Assembly (NCBI GenBank): GCA_965207615.1 | Contig: CBDBMZ010000003.1 | Coordinates: 4,077,855-4,141,854 of the forward strand | DNA from: Vicinamibacterales bacterium | GTDB lineage: Bacteria; Acidobacteriota; Vicinamibacteria; Vicinamibacterales; UBA8438 | Direction of reading: 5' to 3' | DNA: 64,000 bases | Shown: in pieces, positions 63,566 to 64,000 of the stretch | Position numbering within the stretch: the stretch's first letter is position 1 | How the letters are laid out: every line of letters starts with the position of its first letter | The notes under the pieces: model-generated | The model's input: the letters and a program-made list of their open reading frames with translations, nothing else | The model's database searches: none | What the model was told of the DNA's origin: nothing | Translations under genes and position numbers: made by a program

Positions 63566-63904
63566 CTAGACGTTGAACGACGACCCGCAGCCGCAGGTCG
63601 ACTTCGCGTTCGGATTCCTGATGGTGAATCCCCCGCCGGTCAGGTTGTCGACGAAGTCCACCTCCGCGCCGGACAGGTATCGGACGCTGATGGGATCCAC
63701 GTACAGGTTGATGCCGTTCGACTCGAAGACCTTGTCGGCCGAGGCGTCCCCGTTGCCTTCCTCGATCATCAGGCCGTACTGAAAGCCGGAGCATCCGCCG
63801 CCCTGCACGAAGACGCGAAGCCCCGCATTCTCCTTGTTCTCTTCCGCCATGAGCGCCGCAATCTTCGATGCGGCGGTCTCGGTCACCGTGATCAACTGTG
63901 CCAT
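63566..63904 (-). CDS. erpA: HesB/IscA-family Fe-S cluster insertion protein
   Basis: GGGCSGFQY and the C-terminal CGCGSSF motif. 112 aa. Confidence 0.9.
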   Translation of the reverse strand: MAQLITVTETAASKIAALMAEENKENAGLRVFVQGGGCSGFQYGLMIEEGNGDASADKVFESNGINLYVDPISVRYLSGAEVDFVDNLTGGGFTIRNPNAKSTCGCGSSFNV

Positions 63905-64000
63905 CCCAGGTTCTCCCCGCGGCCCCGTGCAATGGTGGAGCCCGCATTCGAGTATAAGCGGGACGCGGGGGGCACTTCAACCACGCCGCGCCCGCCGCGG

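Overview
This is a high-GC (about 70% by eye) bacterial chromosomal segment with dense coding on both strands. The gene content includes a pentaheme cytochrome c, many secreted hydrolases, a CarboxypepD_reg-type TonB receptor, an ECF sigma factor, DedA and USP. That mix resembles soil Acidobacteriota or Gemmatimonadota, but this is a guess and was not tested. I can support about 55 protein genes. The recognisable housekeeping genes are trxA, an HtrA-like protease, cca, infA, a DEAD-box helicase, glk, pcm, apbC/mrp, addB-addA, a cold-shock protein and erpA. There are two tRNAs: Ala-GGC and a selenocysteine tRNA (selC).

Most of the window is ordinary core genome. The parts worth a second look are:
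1. A minus-strand run of ECF sigma, an anti-sigma with a degenerate HNH-like periplasmic domain, and a Uma2 (PD-(D/E)xK) nuclease fusion. It lies divergent from a TonB receptor carrying a 57-residue Asp/His tract.
2. A low-GC island at about 43.1-46.5 kb with one intact orphan TPR-plus-transmembrane gene and decayed gene remnants.
3. A low-GC islet at about 24.0-25.1 kb next to a VapBC pair with a decayed toxin.
4. A Fur-rubrerythrin fusion regulator next to erpA.
5. A hairpin-plus-tail intergenic element present twice, 21 kb apart.
6. Several tandem repeats and duplications: a 156-bp unit, a 23-nt array and a 21-nt array.

Several genes carry frameshifts or premature stops. These could be real decay or assembly indels, and I cannot tell which from the sequence alone. 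No CRISPR array, intact transposase, rRNA or prophage is visible.
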